Assembly (NCBI RefSeq): GCF_006345805.1
Contig: NC_043001.1
Coordinates: 80,476,001 to 80,540,000, forward strand
Length of the DNA: 64,000 bases
Direction: 5' to 3'
Origin: Octopus sinensis
Lineage: Eukaryota
Position numbers and translations under genes: made by a program. How positions within the stretch are numbered: position 1 is the stretch's first letter; every line of letters starts with the position of its first letter. Under the pieces are notes generated by a model, which saw only the letters and a list, made by a program, of their open reading frames with translations, made no database searches and was not told where the DNA came from. Of this stretch, positions 38,190 to 50,200 are shown piece after piece.

Positions 38190-40647
38190 AGGAGTGGCTG
38201 TGTTGTAAGTAGCGTGCTTACCTTACTACAGGAGATTTTACATTTTTTATGCTGCTTGGAATTCAGGTCTTTCGACGTGAAAAATTGGACATTTGAAGCA
38301 CGACCACAGGTAAAGCATTTGTTTTTTGCGGGGCCTAGTAAAGTATTTTATCCGTATGGTTAAGTTTTTTTTCGAACATGGGTCTCCACTGAGTTCCAGG
38401 CGTTTCTTTGCCAGTGGTCGTACAAAAAGACTCACTTTTTAGTGAGAATTGTGTGTATTTTCGGGAGACGTGTCCGTCCGAAATTTTTTGGAATTCTTTA
38501 TGACTGTGTTTGTGCACTTTCAAGTGGAGTTTTACCATAAAGGATACAAATACAGCCGGAGATAGACAAAATACCATTTGTGCTGCGAAGGACTACCAGT
38601 TTGGATTACCAGTAGCAGAATTTTGTTGTGTTGTGTTGCCATTTTGGACTATCTTCCTTCGCTCTTTCTTCTCCTGTCTATCTTTCTGATCTTTTTTTAG
38701 TTTCTTTATAGACTTTCATTTGAACATTTTGATTTTTGTTTATGGATTTATAATTTTTGTTTTGGCTATCAACATAGCAACGGTGAAATCCGCTTTGGAG
38801 TAGCAAATTCTGGCCCCCAAAGAATGGGCGAAAAATTCTACGGAGAGAACGGTGGTGTTAAGGACCTATTCCAGGGTCTATGACACCATCAAGGTCTTCT
38901 CTGAGGAAGAAATTGAGGAGGAGTTGACAGATTATCTGCCAACTATTAAGTTTATCCGTAGGGGTGCGAAGTATGGAACTGTGTGTGTACTTTTTGACAC
39001 CCCTGCGGAAGCTCATGATTTTGCGAGCACGCCTTTGGAGGGGGGGAAATTTTGTTTCTCCCTACTTATGGCGGTAGAGAGTTGACAAGCGCCTGGGTGT
39101 GCGGGCTGCCACCCGGTAGAGAGGCCGAATGGATAGAAGACACTATCCGTCGGGGCCTGGGTGGCGGTCCTGCCAGGCTCTTAAATGTAAAGATGTTGCC
39201 TACGGTTGATTGGGTTGGGTCAAATGCAATTTAGACCCTATGGACCCAATCAGCCGATGATCTGGTTTTACCAGATTTTTTAACAATGGCCGGTTCCAGG
39301 TACCCGGTGATGGTTGAGGAACGTCCCCCCCCCCCAAGATTCGCCTGTGCATGGAATCGGGCCACATAAAGAAGAACTGTCACCGGGATCAGGCAAAGGT
39401 CCTGAAACAGTTAATTGAAAAGGTGTCCCCTGCTCACCCAGTGGAGGAAAAAGTTGAGGAGGAGGTAACCTCCTCGAAAACAATGGGGAAGAAAAGAAAG
39501 CAGGAGGACAACAATGGTTGCCCACCGATGGATCCTGGGACGGCGGGGGTGAGGGAGGGTACTCCGGAGATGTCGGAGAAACTCCATCCTCCCGTCTTAA
39601 AGAAAAAAGAAAAACGGGGCATCACCGACGACGGCATATCCCAAAACCCCTTCGGTAGTATGTGTGCAATCGGGTGGGGGTGGGGGAGAAGATAATCTCG
39701 TCAGTGGGATATGTACCCCCGAGCGAGGGAGTTGAGGCCCCTTCCAGTGAAAGTGGGGAAGATTATGTTCTGCTATCTCAGGGGAGGAGCTATTGACAGT
39801 TTCGTGGAGAATGATATGGATAGTCGGGTCCTGAGGGAACCGAATTGTATTGACAGCCCAGAGTGGCCTTCGCAGGTGCTGGAGGGAAAGTACTGTGAAA
39901 ACGAGAATTATAGAATTCTTTTTTGGGGTCCCAGATTTCGGTTGCAGCAATGCCTGCAAGTTGCAAGAAATTTACTCGGGGAAGAATTGTAGAGGTTTAT
40001 CGTCTCCAATTTGTGTATAAATTGTATTTTATAATTGTATGGAATTTTTAGTCCAAATGCATTGTATTTTAAATTGTAAGATGGTTAATACATCTGCATA
40101 TGCGCTTTTAAAGAACAATGTTTTAGAGAAGCAGAGGGTCGGCGGGCGCTTTCTGTCTTATCTCAACTTTATCATTTTTGGATCATCATCATTCACCTCA
40201 TCAATGTCTATGTCCAGGCCGCAAGCTACTCTTTGTAATGCCTTTATGGCAAATCTTAATGAAATAAAGTAGCTTGCTTACGAACTACATGGTTCCGGTT
40301 TCAGTCCCACTGCGTGGCACCTTGGGCAAGTGTTTTCTACTATAGCCTCGGGCTGACCAAAGCCTTGTGAGTGGATTTGGTAGACGGAAACTGAAAGAAG
40401 CCCGTCGTATATGTGTATATGTATATGTATGTATGTGTATATGTTTGTGTGTCTGTGTTTGTCCTCCCAACATTGCTTGACAACCGATGCTGCTGTGTTT
40501 ACGTCCCCGTAACATAGCGTTTAGGCAAAAGAGCCCGATAGAATAAGTACTGAGTTTACAAAAAATAAGTCCTGGGGTCGATTTGATCGACTAAAGGCGG
40601 TGCTCCAGCATGGCCACGGTCAAATGACTGAAACAAGTAAAAGAGTA
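38190..40647 (+). mobile_element. SINE (AGGAGTGGCTGTGTGGTAAG family) split by an insertion: 38190-38221 plus 40267-40647
   Basis: The two halves join into the same sequence as the intact copy at 42928-43326. Confidence 0.85.
38222..40266 (+). mobile_element. ORF1-only (gag-like) non-LTR-type element, copy B, with 15-bp TSD
   Basis: TSD AAGTAGC(G/T)TGCTTAC at 38207-38221 and 40267-40281. Frameshifted ORF ~38830-39992: KYGTVCVLF...LPTYGG...RLCMESGHIKKNC (knuckle, first Cys lost to a 1-nt deletion), charged linker, C-terminal segment. ~270-bp 3'UTR ending at AATAAA; no EN or RT. Confidence 0.85.
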
Positions 40648-40958
40648 ATGTATTTCCTATTCTGTAGTGAAACATGGAATTTAAAGATGTATCAAATCTT
40701 CCATTTTTTCTTTTTTTTTTTTTTCTTTTCAAATACTCCGCAAATATGATTCACCGGAACTTTCAACTAATATGTATGCTTCATTCAAAAGAAGAAAAAA
40801 AACGTACATAAAGTTGTTTACTGGAACAGGCAGATGTGCTTCACGAAGCCACAGCTTGGATTCTGACCCCTAGTATAAGCTCCATATATACATATATACA
40901 TATATACATATATATATATGTGTGTGTGTGTGTGTGAGTCTATATATGTATATATATG

Positions 40959-41011
<53 letters not shown>

Positions 41012-41049
41012 GTGTGTGTGTGTATACACACACACACATACATTACACG

Positions 41050-41100
<51 letters not shown>

Positions 41101-41184
41101 CCCTTTTTCCTGAGCGCCTAATAATACTTTAATTGTTCCACCTCTTTGCGTTGTTGTCTTTTTTGTTTTCTTGTTTGGATTAAC

Positions 41185-41228
<44 letters not shown>

Positions 41229-41809
41229 CATATGAGTATGCGTATATTTTGTATATATGTATGTCTGCATTTATACATGCTTAGTGTGTGACTGTTCGTG
41301 TATGCACGCGCATGTATATGCGGTCGCATATATGAAGTTTTTCCCAGTTTGTAATAATCCAGTACGGATATATAAAATTAATATAAATGTCAGACACTTA
41401 AATGAGTAGGGAATATGTACGCTAAACGTCTGTCTTGTTCAGTGTGCATTTCCCTGATTGTATATTTGTATGTGCATGTGTGTATATGTGTGTGTGTGTT
41501 GTGGGTGTATATGCGTGTGTGTATATGTGTGTTTGCCATTGAGTTTATGTATGTGCGCCCGTATGTCTCTGTCTTTGTGCGTGTTTATTTGTGTCTATGT
41601 GTCTATCAGTGCGAATGGATACGTGTTTGTATCCGTTTTTCTTTTTGTTGTTTTTTCCTTTCTTAGTATATTATTATCCTGCGTGCACATATGCTATAAG
41701 AATGTAACAAGAATATGATATCGACTCTGTATAAAACGAACACCTGTTCCGAAGCTTTGGGGTCTCGTTTTTATTGTTTGTCGTTTGTTGCTGTTGTTGA
41801 TGTTGATGA

Positions 41810-42075
41810 TAATGATGATGATGATGATGATGATGATGACGACGACGACGATGTCGACGATGACGAAAATGGTGTCAGTGTTGGCGCTGGTGATACTGGT
41901 GCCGGTGGTGGTGGTTTGACGGTTATGATTTGTGAAGGTGAAGGTGGTAGTGGTGGTAGTGGTGGTGGTAGTGGTAGTGGTGGTGGTGGTAGTGGTAGTC
42001 GTGGTGGTGGTAGTGGTAGTGGTGGTGGTGGTGGTGGTGGTGGTGGTTTTGGTAGTGGGTGTAGTAGTGGTGGTA
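41810..42075. repeat. (GAT)n / (GGT)n trinucleotide tract
   Basis: Direct inspection. Confidence 0.85.
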
Positions 42076-42321
42076 GGGAACTCTTGTAACGAGTTTCTTT
42101 AATTGCTAAATGGCTTCAAGAAGTCAAAACTGCTGCTGCTGTTGCTGACGCGCGCTTCTGTATGTGTGCGTGTACGCGCGTGAATGCCTCTGTGTGCATG
42201 TGCACCTGTCGGTAACTACGTAATGGCAATAACATGCTGTGTACATATGTCGACATACACACAGACACACACACACACACACATATATATAAACATATAT
42301 ATAATATATATTATATATATA

Positions 42322-42368
<47 letters not shown>

Positions 42369-42871
42369 GTTCAGTTTGATGATTCATTCTGTTGCAACGT
42401 TGAGTTTCCCGCCTCAGTACAATCGTTCAGTCGGCAAAACGAACACAGAAAGCCGGGCAAAATCTGAGTACCGACGAGTGAATCATCGGCATCGAATGAA
42501 TAATTAAACTGCCTTTTGTACACCCAAATGCACACAAATATAGATATAAATATAAATATAAATGAACGTGCGAATATATATATATTTGTATGTATATATA
42601 CACGTGTATACATATGTGTGTATGTATGTGCATTAATATATATATGTACGTACATATTCATATATATTGCAAATAAATATGCAATACGATCATGCATATA
42701 TATATATATATATATAATATATATATATATATATACTTGCATACATATAAATACACGCCTACATATACATGGATATAGACACGTAAGCATATATGCTTAC
42801 ATGTACGTATGTAAATGTATATGTATATATATGTGTGTGTGTGTATGTTTGTGTATGTATGTATGTATACG

Positions 42872-42920
<49 letters not shown>

Positions 42921-42927
42921 TATATAT

Positions 42928-43326
42928 AGGAGTGGCTGTGTGGTAAGTAGCTTGTTTACCAACCACATGGTTCCGGGTTCAGTCCCACTGCGTGGCACCT
43001 TGGGCAAGTGTCTTCTACTATAGCCTCGGGCCGACCAAAGCCTTGTGAGTGGATTTGGTAGACGGAAACTGAAAGAAGCCCGTCGTATATATGTATATAT
43101 ATGCGTGTGTGTGTTTGTGTGTCTGTGTTTGTCCCCTTAGCATTGCTTGACAACCGATGCTGGTGTGTTTATGTGCCCGTTACTTAGCGGTTCGGCAAAA
43201 GAGACCGATAGAATAAGTACTGGGCTTACAAAAGAATAAGTCCCGGTGTCGAGTTGCTCGATTAAAGGTGGTGCTCCAGCATGGCCGCAGTCAAATGACT
43301 GAAACAAGTAAAAGAGTAAAAGAGTA
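42928..43326 (+). mobile_element. Intact bipartite SINE (tRNA-like head, central microsatellite, AAAGAGT tail)
   Basis: AGGAGTGGCTGTGTGGTAAGTAGCTTG...GGTTCAGTCCC...GGAAACTGAAAGAAGCCCGTCG...AATGACTGAAACAAGTAAAAGAGTAAAAGAGTA. Partial copies at ~9048, 14525, 28290, 30990, 33725, 47675-48030 and 62835. Confidence 0.9.
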
Positions 43327-44154
43327 ATATATAAAACTCAACTTGTGTGTATCTGTGTGTATCTGTGTGTGTGTCTGTGTGTTTAACTTCCCGGCACATC
43401 TCCTCCTACCCAACAAATCGTAGAACCACCAAAAATGGGTCACTTAAAGTTTAGGCGAATGAAAATTGAACTGCGCTATTTCTGTTCCGAAATTCATCTC
43501 GCAAGTGCAAAAATCGATAATGTGTTTGTTGGGGCCTTATCCCATGATTTGAACAGTGAACTTTACTCAGCCAGCTGTTTGATGTGAACTGTGTTCACCA
43601 CGCGTGCAAGCATGCGAAATTGCATGGAAAAATAAAAAAAATCAAGATATAAAATCGAATCGCCGTAAACATTGTAGAAATTCGGCAAAGAATTGAATTT
43701 TCGGGATGTAGCCTGGTTTTTCGTATTAATCGTTTGGACTTTGGGAACACATACCAATTGTTTTCATAACATTTTTAACGCTTTGAATTAAATGTGACCA
43801 TTTTGCGTTGAGTCTGCAGTTTGTATCACTTTAACCAAATTTTAGCAGGCCGGATTTTTGATCATCACGATACATCGCCAGCGACTCCCTGAAACTCTCC
43901 CCTGAAATCCCCGTTGAGAAATACTGATCTAAAAGAATAATTCAACAATGCAATTATTTGATCAACAAACATTTATGAAACGCTTCTACGTACTTCCTAT
44001 TGAGGAAATGGAACACATAAGCGCAAAAATAGAGGGCATTAAATGCTTGATTTTAAAACCAAAATAATTGAATTTTGATTGAACTTCATCCAAGTTTAGC
44101 TTAATTCGCGCGTGCATAGAACGCACGAGCGCACGCACCGGGCGATACTGCTAG
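43327..44154 (+). mobile_element. Non-autonomous Helitron-like element
   Basis: 3' end CCGGGCGATACTGCTAG|T is identical to that at 53419-53436; TATATAAAAC-type 5' end (TC not intact); no TSD or TIR. Confidence 0.65.
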
Positions 44155-44225
44155 TATATATATAAGAGTACCGCCGGCGATTGTTTTCCTCTGTCTTCCC
44201 TTCTCGGGATCTTTCCTTCTTCTAT

Positions 44226-44260
44226 GTTTCCGACGAAGAGCTCCGCTCGAAACGTTAAAC
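44226..44260 (+). ncRNA. Minimal hammerhead-like motif (U4C variant) in a Penelope-like terminal repeat (44170-44365)
   Basis: gttt-CCGACGA-A-gagc tcc gctc-GAAA-CG-TT|aaac. Stem I 4 bp, stem II 4 bp, ACGT palindrome. The same tail without the motif occurs at ~41100-41170. Confidence 0.6.
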
Positions 44261-44549
44261 CCTCCTTCTTCCCTTCTTTCCTGAGCGTCCAATAATACTT
44301 TATTTGTTCCACGTCCTCGTGTTGTTGTGTTTTTTGATTTTTTGTGTTTTCTTGTTTGGATTAACTATATATATATATATATATTATATATATATATATT
44401 ATATATATATATATATATGCATAAATATATACATATATATACATGCATACATATATTTATATATATATAAATACATACACACACACACACACACATTTGA
44501 TGGACAAATGCTTGACACAGTCACACAGATACGGGCGTTTATTTAATAG

Positions 44550-45400
44550 GTACAACTTAATGGTGTGCTTCAGTTGGGCGTCCAGCATTAAGAAAATTTT
44601 AGTTTGTACCCCTAAGTCACGAGCAGAAGCAGCATGCTCGTGTAGGATATACAATAACTGCCCAGTAAGGAGAAGATAGAAGCCGAGGGGTTTGTGTATG
44701 AAGCTAAGGTGGTAGCCTCCACTGGCAGCCAGAATAACTGCCCAAGCACCAACGGCACATCCGTCGACAACAACAACGACAGCGGTGACGGCGCTGTCGA
44801 TAACAGCGCATCAAACAGCAGGCAACAATACCAGCAATTACGACGGCAGCAGCAACACTAAATTTGCAACCGGAAATAGCTGCTACGTCAGCAGCAACGG
44901 AACCACCAGGAATATCAGCAAGGGCAGCGACTCCAGCAACAACAACGGGGTTAGTAAAAGAGGCATCAGAGGTGGTAGCACAATCAATACACAGATAAGA
45001 GAATATGTCAGTTCAAATGCATCCCCTTTTAAGCAACATCTAAACAACCACAAGTTATCTTTTAGAATACCGGAAAGGAGCAATATCTTGTCCCTGGCCA
45101 GCTACTTATGACGATTAAAAGATGAAGAAAGTTCATACAGATTTAAACAAAATTTCCTTAAAGACTTACATAAACGGGAGCAAACGATGAAAGCTTTGCT
45201 TGGCAGAAAGGGCAAGAATCCTAAAAAAGACTCGCTTGACGCGGGCACCTTTTTAATTCCATGCCCACATCTAAACTCAATGCTCACATCTAAAACGTTT
45301 CCTTCTACAAACTTTGAATTTTTTATTCGTTGAATAGACCATTCGCAGCTCCTTCGAATATCACAAGGGCTGGAGGCAATGTGCACAGGATAACCCCGAC
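44550..45400 (+). mobile_element. Decayed Penelope-like GIY-YIG region interrupted by an (AAC/AGC)n tract
   Basis: FSWASSIKKIL...CSCRIYNNCPV...FVYEAKVVAS, then PFKQHLNNHKLSFRIPERSNILSLASYL*RLKDE...CPH. Confidence 0.55.
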
Positions 45401-45677
45401 TGCACAAAGGGCATTTATATTTTTCGTTTATATTTTTCGTTTATAAACCATATGGCAGTTACATATTTCTTCCTCTAGTTGTAGAGAGGTTATGCGCCTT
45501 GAGCCATTTGAGTTTAACGGGTCGCCTATACAGCTAAGCGCTTCATAGGTGCAGAAACAATGGTCACTCTATGGCAGGCCATAATTTTGACTACCTGAAA
45601 AATATATTACTCCTGTCATGCTTTAGAGTGTTCTTTTCCTTTTCGGATATATGAACTACTGTCGATGTGTGTGTGTC

Positions 45678-45747
<70 letters not shown>

Positions 45748-45886
45748 GAGAGAGAGAGAAAGAGAGAGAGATACGTACTTACATACATATCTATATGCAT
45801 ATAGATATCGAGCCCAGTACTTGATTTAAACGGCTAGGTTACGGGTATGTAAACACACCATCAGCCAGTGGTCACACACACTCATA

Positions 45887-47147
45887 GTGGGTCATCCCAT
45901 TAATAATGCGGTTTTTTTATACTTCGTTTATTTTTCAAAATTAAGATGAACAAAGTTCTTTTTTAATCTAAAATAATCCAAAAATTTTCTACAATGCTCT
46001 TCCATCTATCTGGTAGACTTGCAAGGCCCCTTTTCCGAAATTCACTCCTCTAGTACTGTTCTAACTTTGTCTACAAAATTCATATTTTTTCCGTCCAAAT
46101 GATTTTGAAGACTGTGGAATAAATGATAATCAGATGGGAGAATGTCCGGCGAATATAGTAAGTGGAGCATCGTTTCCCATTCAAACTGCTCCTGCCTTTG
46201 GAATGTCATCCTCGCAATATGTGACCGAGAATTATCTTGATGAAAGAACACCTTTCGTCCTCAAACCGAAGATGGCCGTTTTTCTTCTAGCGCTAAGCTG
46301 CTCGAGCTGCTCGCAATAGATCTCTTTTGTTATCGTTTGTTTTGAGTTTAAAAGTTCAAAGTGTACTAAACTGTTCATATGCCATCAAACACATAACAAC
46401 ACCTTACGTGAGTGAAGACCTTCTTTTGCCTTGGGAGCCGGTGTTTCTCCTTTCCCTACCCACTGTCTTCGGCGCTTGACATTTTTATAGAGAACCTATC
46501 TCTCGTCACCAGTTATTATTCGGTCCAATAAGGGATCATTCATTAGACGTGACAGCAAAGAAGAGTACATATTCACTCTCTGCGCGTAATCAAACTTGAG
46601 AAGTTTGTGAGGAAACCATTGACCCAATTTTCTGAGTTTTCCGATAGCATGGAGGTGTCCATGAATGGTTAAATGACCAAATCAAAGCTTCTCTGCTAGT
46701 TTCTCACCAGTTACTATGAGATTTTGTTCCACCAGGGTTCGTAGGACATCCTCGTCGAGCTATACAGATCTTCCAGAACGTGGCTCCTCTTCTAGGCTGT
46801 AGTTTTCGGCTAAGAATTTCTGGAACCACTGCTGACACTGGCTTACGCTTATTGTCCGATGCCCATATACTGCATTAACATTCCTTGCACTTTCCGCAGC
46901 GTTGTCGCTTTTATTGAACCTATAAAGTAAAATATGCCGAATATGCTCCTTAGTCACTTCCATTATAGCTTTGAAAAAATAACTGTTAAAATATAATTGC
47001 AATCTTCAAAACTTGCACTAAGAATAAGTACAAGGTAAAATTACTACCTGCTTTTATAGCAAGTCGATGTTGGTAGTTTATCTCGTCCTCCTCTGACTTT
47101 TGGTTCATACAATTGAAAAAATACCACATTATTATGGAATGACGCAA
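45887..47147 (-). mobile_element. Full-length mariner transposon, disrupted (second subfamily)
   Basis: TIR-like GTGGGTCATCCCATTAATAATGCGG versus reverse complement TTGCGTCATTCCATAATAATGTGG, TA flanks. ORFs 46760-47002 (MEVTKEHIRHILLY...EEPRSGR) and 46042-46251 (HQDNSRSH...YSPDILPSDYHLF). Confidence 0.88.
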
Positions 47148-47297
47148 TATATGTATATGTATATATATATATGTATAATATATATATAAAAATATATATA
47201 TATATATAATATTATTAGAGACAAAACCACTATTTTGCAAACAAACAAGGAAAGACTTAATCAATACATAAAATTTTAATAAAAGTCAAAAAAACCG

Positions 47298-47340
47298 CCA
47301 CTACAATTGTTTCTTGTCCTGATCGACAATCTTCAGGTGG
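47298..47340 (-). ncRNA. Canonical minimal type I hammerhead ribozyme (mirror copy)
   Basis: Exact reverse complement of 47396-47438. Confidence 0.85.
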
Positions 47341-47395
47341 ACTTCCAATTTCACAAGTCAGTTTCAAATTTGAAACTGACTTGAAAATTGGAAGT

Positions 47396-47438
47396 CCACC
47401 TGAAGATTGTCGATCAGGACAAGAAACAATTGTAGTGG
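47396..47438 (+). ncRNA. Canonical minimal type I hammerhead ribozyme
   Basis: ccac-CTGAAGA(47400-47406)-ttgtc gatcag gacaa-GAAA-c aatt-GTA|gtgg. All core nucleotides present; stem I 4 bp, stem II 5 bp, stem III palindrome ACAATTGT; predicted cleavage after 47434. Confidence 0.85.
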
Positions 47439-48820
47439 CGGTTTTTTTTGACTTTTTATTAAAATTTATGTATTGATTAAGTCTTTCCTGTTTGTTTTGC
47501 AAAATAGTGGTTTTGTCTCTAAATATTATATAATACTTTACTATAAAATTGGATTTAATCCTAAATCTGATTTTTTCCCTGTAAATTTGGATTTATTCCC
47601 TAATATTATTATATATATTATATATATATATATATGTGTGTATGTATGTATGTATATATAATTATATCTTATATACGACGGACGTCTTTCAGTTTCTGCC
47701 TACCAAATCCACTCACAAGGCTTTGGTCTGCCCGAGGCTATACCAGAAGATACCTTCCCAAGATGCCGCGCAATGTATGTATATGTTGATGTATGTATAT
47801 ATATGTATGTATGTCTTCATATCTTTGTCTCTCACACCGCTTGACAACCGTTGTTTGTGAGTTTACGTCCCCGTAACTTAGCAGTTTGGCAAAAGCGAGT
47901 GATAGAATAAGTAGTAGATGTAATAAAATCAAAATAAGCCCTGGGGTCGATTCATTCGACTGAAAACCCCTTCAAGGTGGTGCCCCAGCATGACCATATT
48001 CAGATGAGTGAAGCAAGTTGGAGGTAAAATACATGATATCCCAACACAAAAAAACTTTCTTAGCAACAACAAAGCAGCCAATTAGAAGACAATAGTTGAA
48101 AAAATCATGTGGTCTATTCATTCGCTGATATATAAAATAAGCATCAAGATACATTTTTGCATTAATAGGTATGTATATTCATGCGTGTTAGGGCACATGG
48201 CCTAGTAATCAGGGTGTTGTCCTTACGATCGCGGGATTGTGGTTTCAGTTCCTAAACCTGCTAAGGGGTTGTGTGCATTTTTTAAGCAAAACCCTTCATC
48301 TCACGTTGCCCTACGATCACCTGAATATTTGACGTGTGGCTCACCATACACCTGTACGAGCAACATCAACTTGATGGCGTCAGTGAGATAATGCACACCA
48401 CATAGATCTGTTCACTTTAAACAGAGTGGAGTACCATCTTCCTCCGAATACGAGAACCTACATTATATTTAGGTACATATATGTGTGTGTGGGTGCGCGC
48501 GCGTGCATGCATGTATATGTGTGTCACGCCTCAAGTCAACTCTCGTAGTAATCTCCCTCTAACAACCAACTCCTACTACCGCTCATTTCAGCATCCGATG
48601 ATTGTCCAAGAGAGACATGTTTGTTCTGTTATGCAAAGAGCTTATGCGTATGCGCTAAACGTAAAAGACTTTTACTTCTATTTTTCCTTCGCGTAAGCCT
48701 TATACATTCTGTTTCTTTTTATGCCATTTTCTTATTTATAAGAACGTGTGTATATCTAGCTATCTCACACATGCTTTATCCCTTTCAGTACCTCCTACTC
48801 TCCCTATTTATCTCTTTCTC

Positions 48821-48862
<42 letters not shown>

Positions 48863-49056
48863 CTTTCCCTCTGTCTCTCTCTCTCTGTCTCTCTCTCTCT
48901 GTCTCTCTCTCTCTCTCTCTCCCTTCTTCTCGCTGTCTCCTCTCTCTGTCTCTCTCTCTCTCTCCTCTCCTCTCTCTCTTCTCTCTCTCTCTCTCTCTCT
49001 GATAGCGTTTCTAAATAAAAACAAAAACTAAATGAAATAAGAACGTGTGTGTGTGT

Positions 49057-49400
49057 GTGAGTGCGTGCACACGCATGCATGCGTGTATGTGTGTGTGTGC
49101 GTTTGTGTGCGTTGAGGAAACTATCATGATTCTATGATGGCGCTATGTGTGCGCATGTGTGTCTGCGTGTGTGTGTGCGTGAGTGCGTGCATACGCATGC
49201 ATGCGTGTATGTGTTTGTGTTGAGGAAACTATCAGGATTCTATGATGGCGCTATGCGTGTGTATGTGTGTGAGTGTGTGTGTGTGTGTGAGAGAGGAGAG
49301 AGAGAGAGAGAGAGAGTGCGTGCATACGCATGCATGCGTGTATGTGTATGTGTGCGTTTGCGTGTGTTGAGGAAACTATCATGATTCTGTGATGGTGATA
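49057..49400. repeat. Three-copy minisatellite with a unique ~36-bp core in a (TG)n matrix
   Basis: GTTGAGGAAACTATCA(T/G)GATTCT(A/G)TGATGG at 49111, 49219 and 49366. Confidence 0.85.
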
Positions 49401-49466
49401 TGTGTATGCATGTGTGTGTGTGCATGTGTGTGTATATGTGAGTGTGTGCGTGTGCGTGTGTGCATG

Positions 49467-49501
<35 letters not shown>

Positions 49502-49559
49502 TTGCCCTAAACGAACATACAGCGTTCGATTGTACGATAGTCGATAAACAACAATAACC

Positions 49560-50200
49560 AAATAGTAGTTTGGCTGTGCAAGCTTAACACTTCGAGTTTT
49601 TTTCCATCTGCAATGACATTGAGACCTGTCATGTGGTGACCGGAAATATATTGCTGACCACGACTACAAGAACACACAGAAAAAGAGTGCCAGCAACATA
49701 TCAAATTGATCGGCTGTCTGTCTGTGCGTCTGCCTGGCTGGCTAACTGGCCGGCTGCTGGGCTGGCTGGCTGGCTGCTGGCTGGCTGGTTGGACAGATCA
49801 CTGACTGCTTTGGTTTCACCGAGTAACTTAACATGGAGTCTTCATCATCAATTGACGTCGCCATCTTCATCATCGTCAACCGTTTCGTTCGTTTATCGAT
49901 TTATCGCTCCTGTTGCCCGTTTTTTTTCCTTTTCTTTTCTTTTTTGCTTTTGCTTCGTGGTTATGTTTATTTTCCGCTTATTATTTTTTTCTTTTAGTTT
50001 TTTTCATTCTATTTTCCCGTTTTTTTTTTTTTTTTTTTTTTCCTTTTAATTTTTACCCCACTGCCGCCGACTGCCAACGATTAACTCTTCAAACACAAAG
50101 GCAAACGATAGGTAGGCCAGTCACTAACGTGAACAAATAATGCTTCCGACGCCGTTTCTGTGTGCATTGTTTTTCATTACACTGGGGCTTTTTGTTGTTA
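49560..50200 (-). promoter_or_regulatory. Candidate host 5'UTR / first exon or regulatory island
   Basis: Non-repeat sequence; minus-strand AAGATGGCG (49859-49867; YY1-like or a Kozak start) opens a 40-aa ORF (MATSIDDEDSMLSYSVKPKQ..., 49742-49864); possible donors GTGAAA and GTCAGT. Confidence 0.25.

Larger units (their letters stand above)
47215..47605 (+). mobile_element. Penelope-like fold-back element: ~308-bp zero-spacer palindrome (47215-47522) plus tail
   Basis: Centre TTTCAAA|TTTGAAA at 47368/47369; arms near-identical; tail shared with 10622-10727. Confidence 0.9.

Noticed and set aside
49057-49400. CRISPR-like repeat/spacer pattern
   Set aside because: Eukaryotic context, the spacers are related (TG)n-rich sequence, and no cas genes are present; it is a minisatellite.
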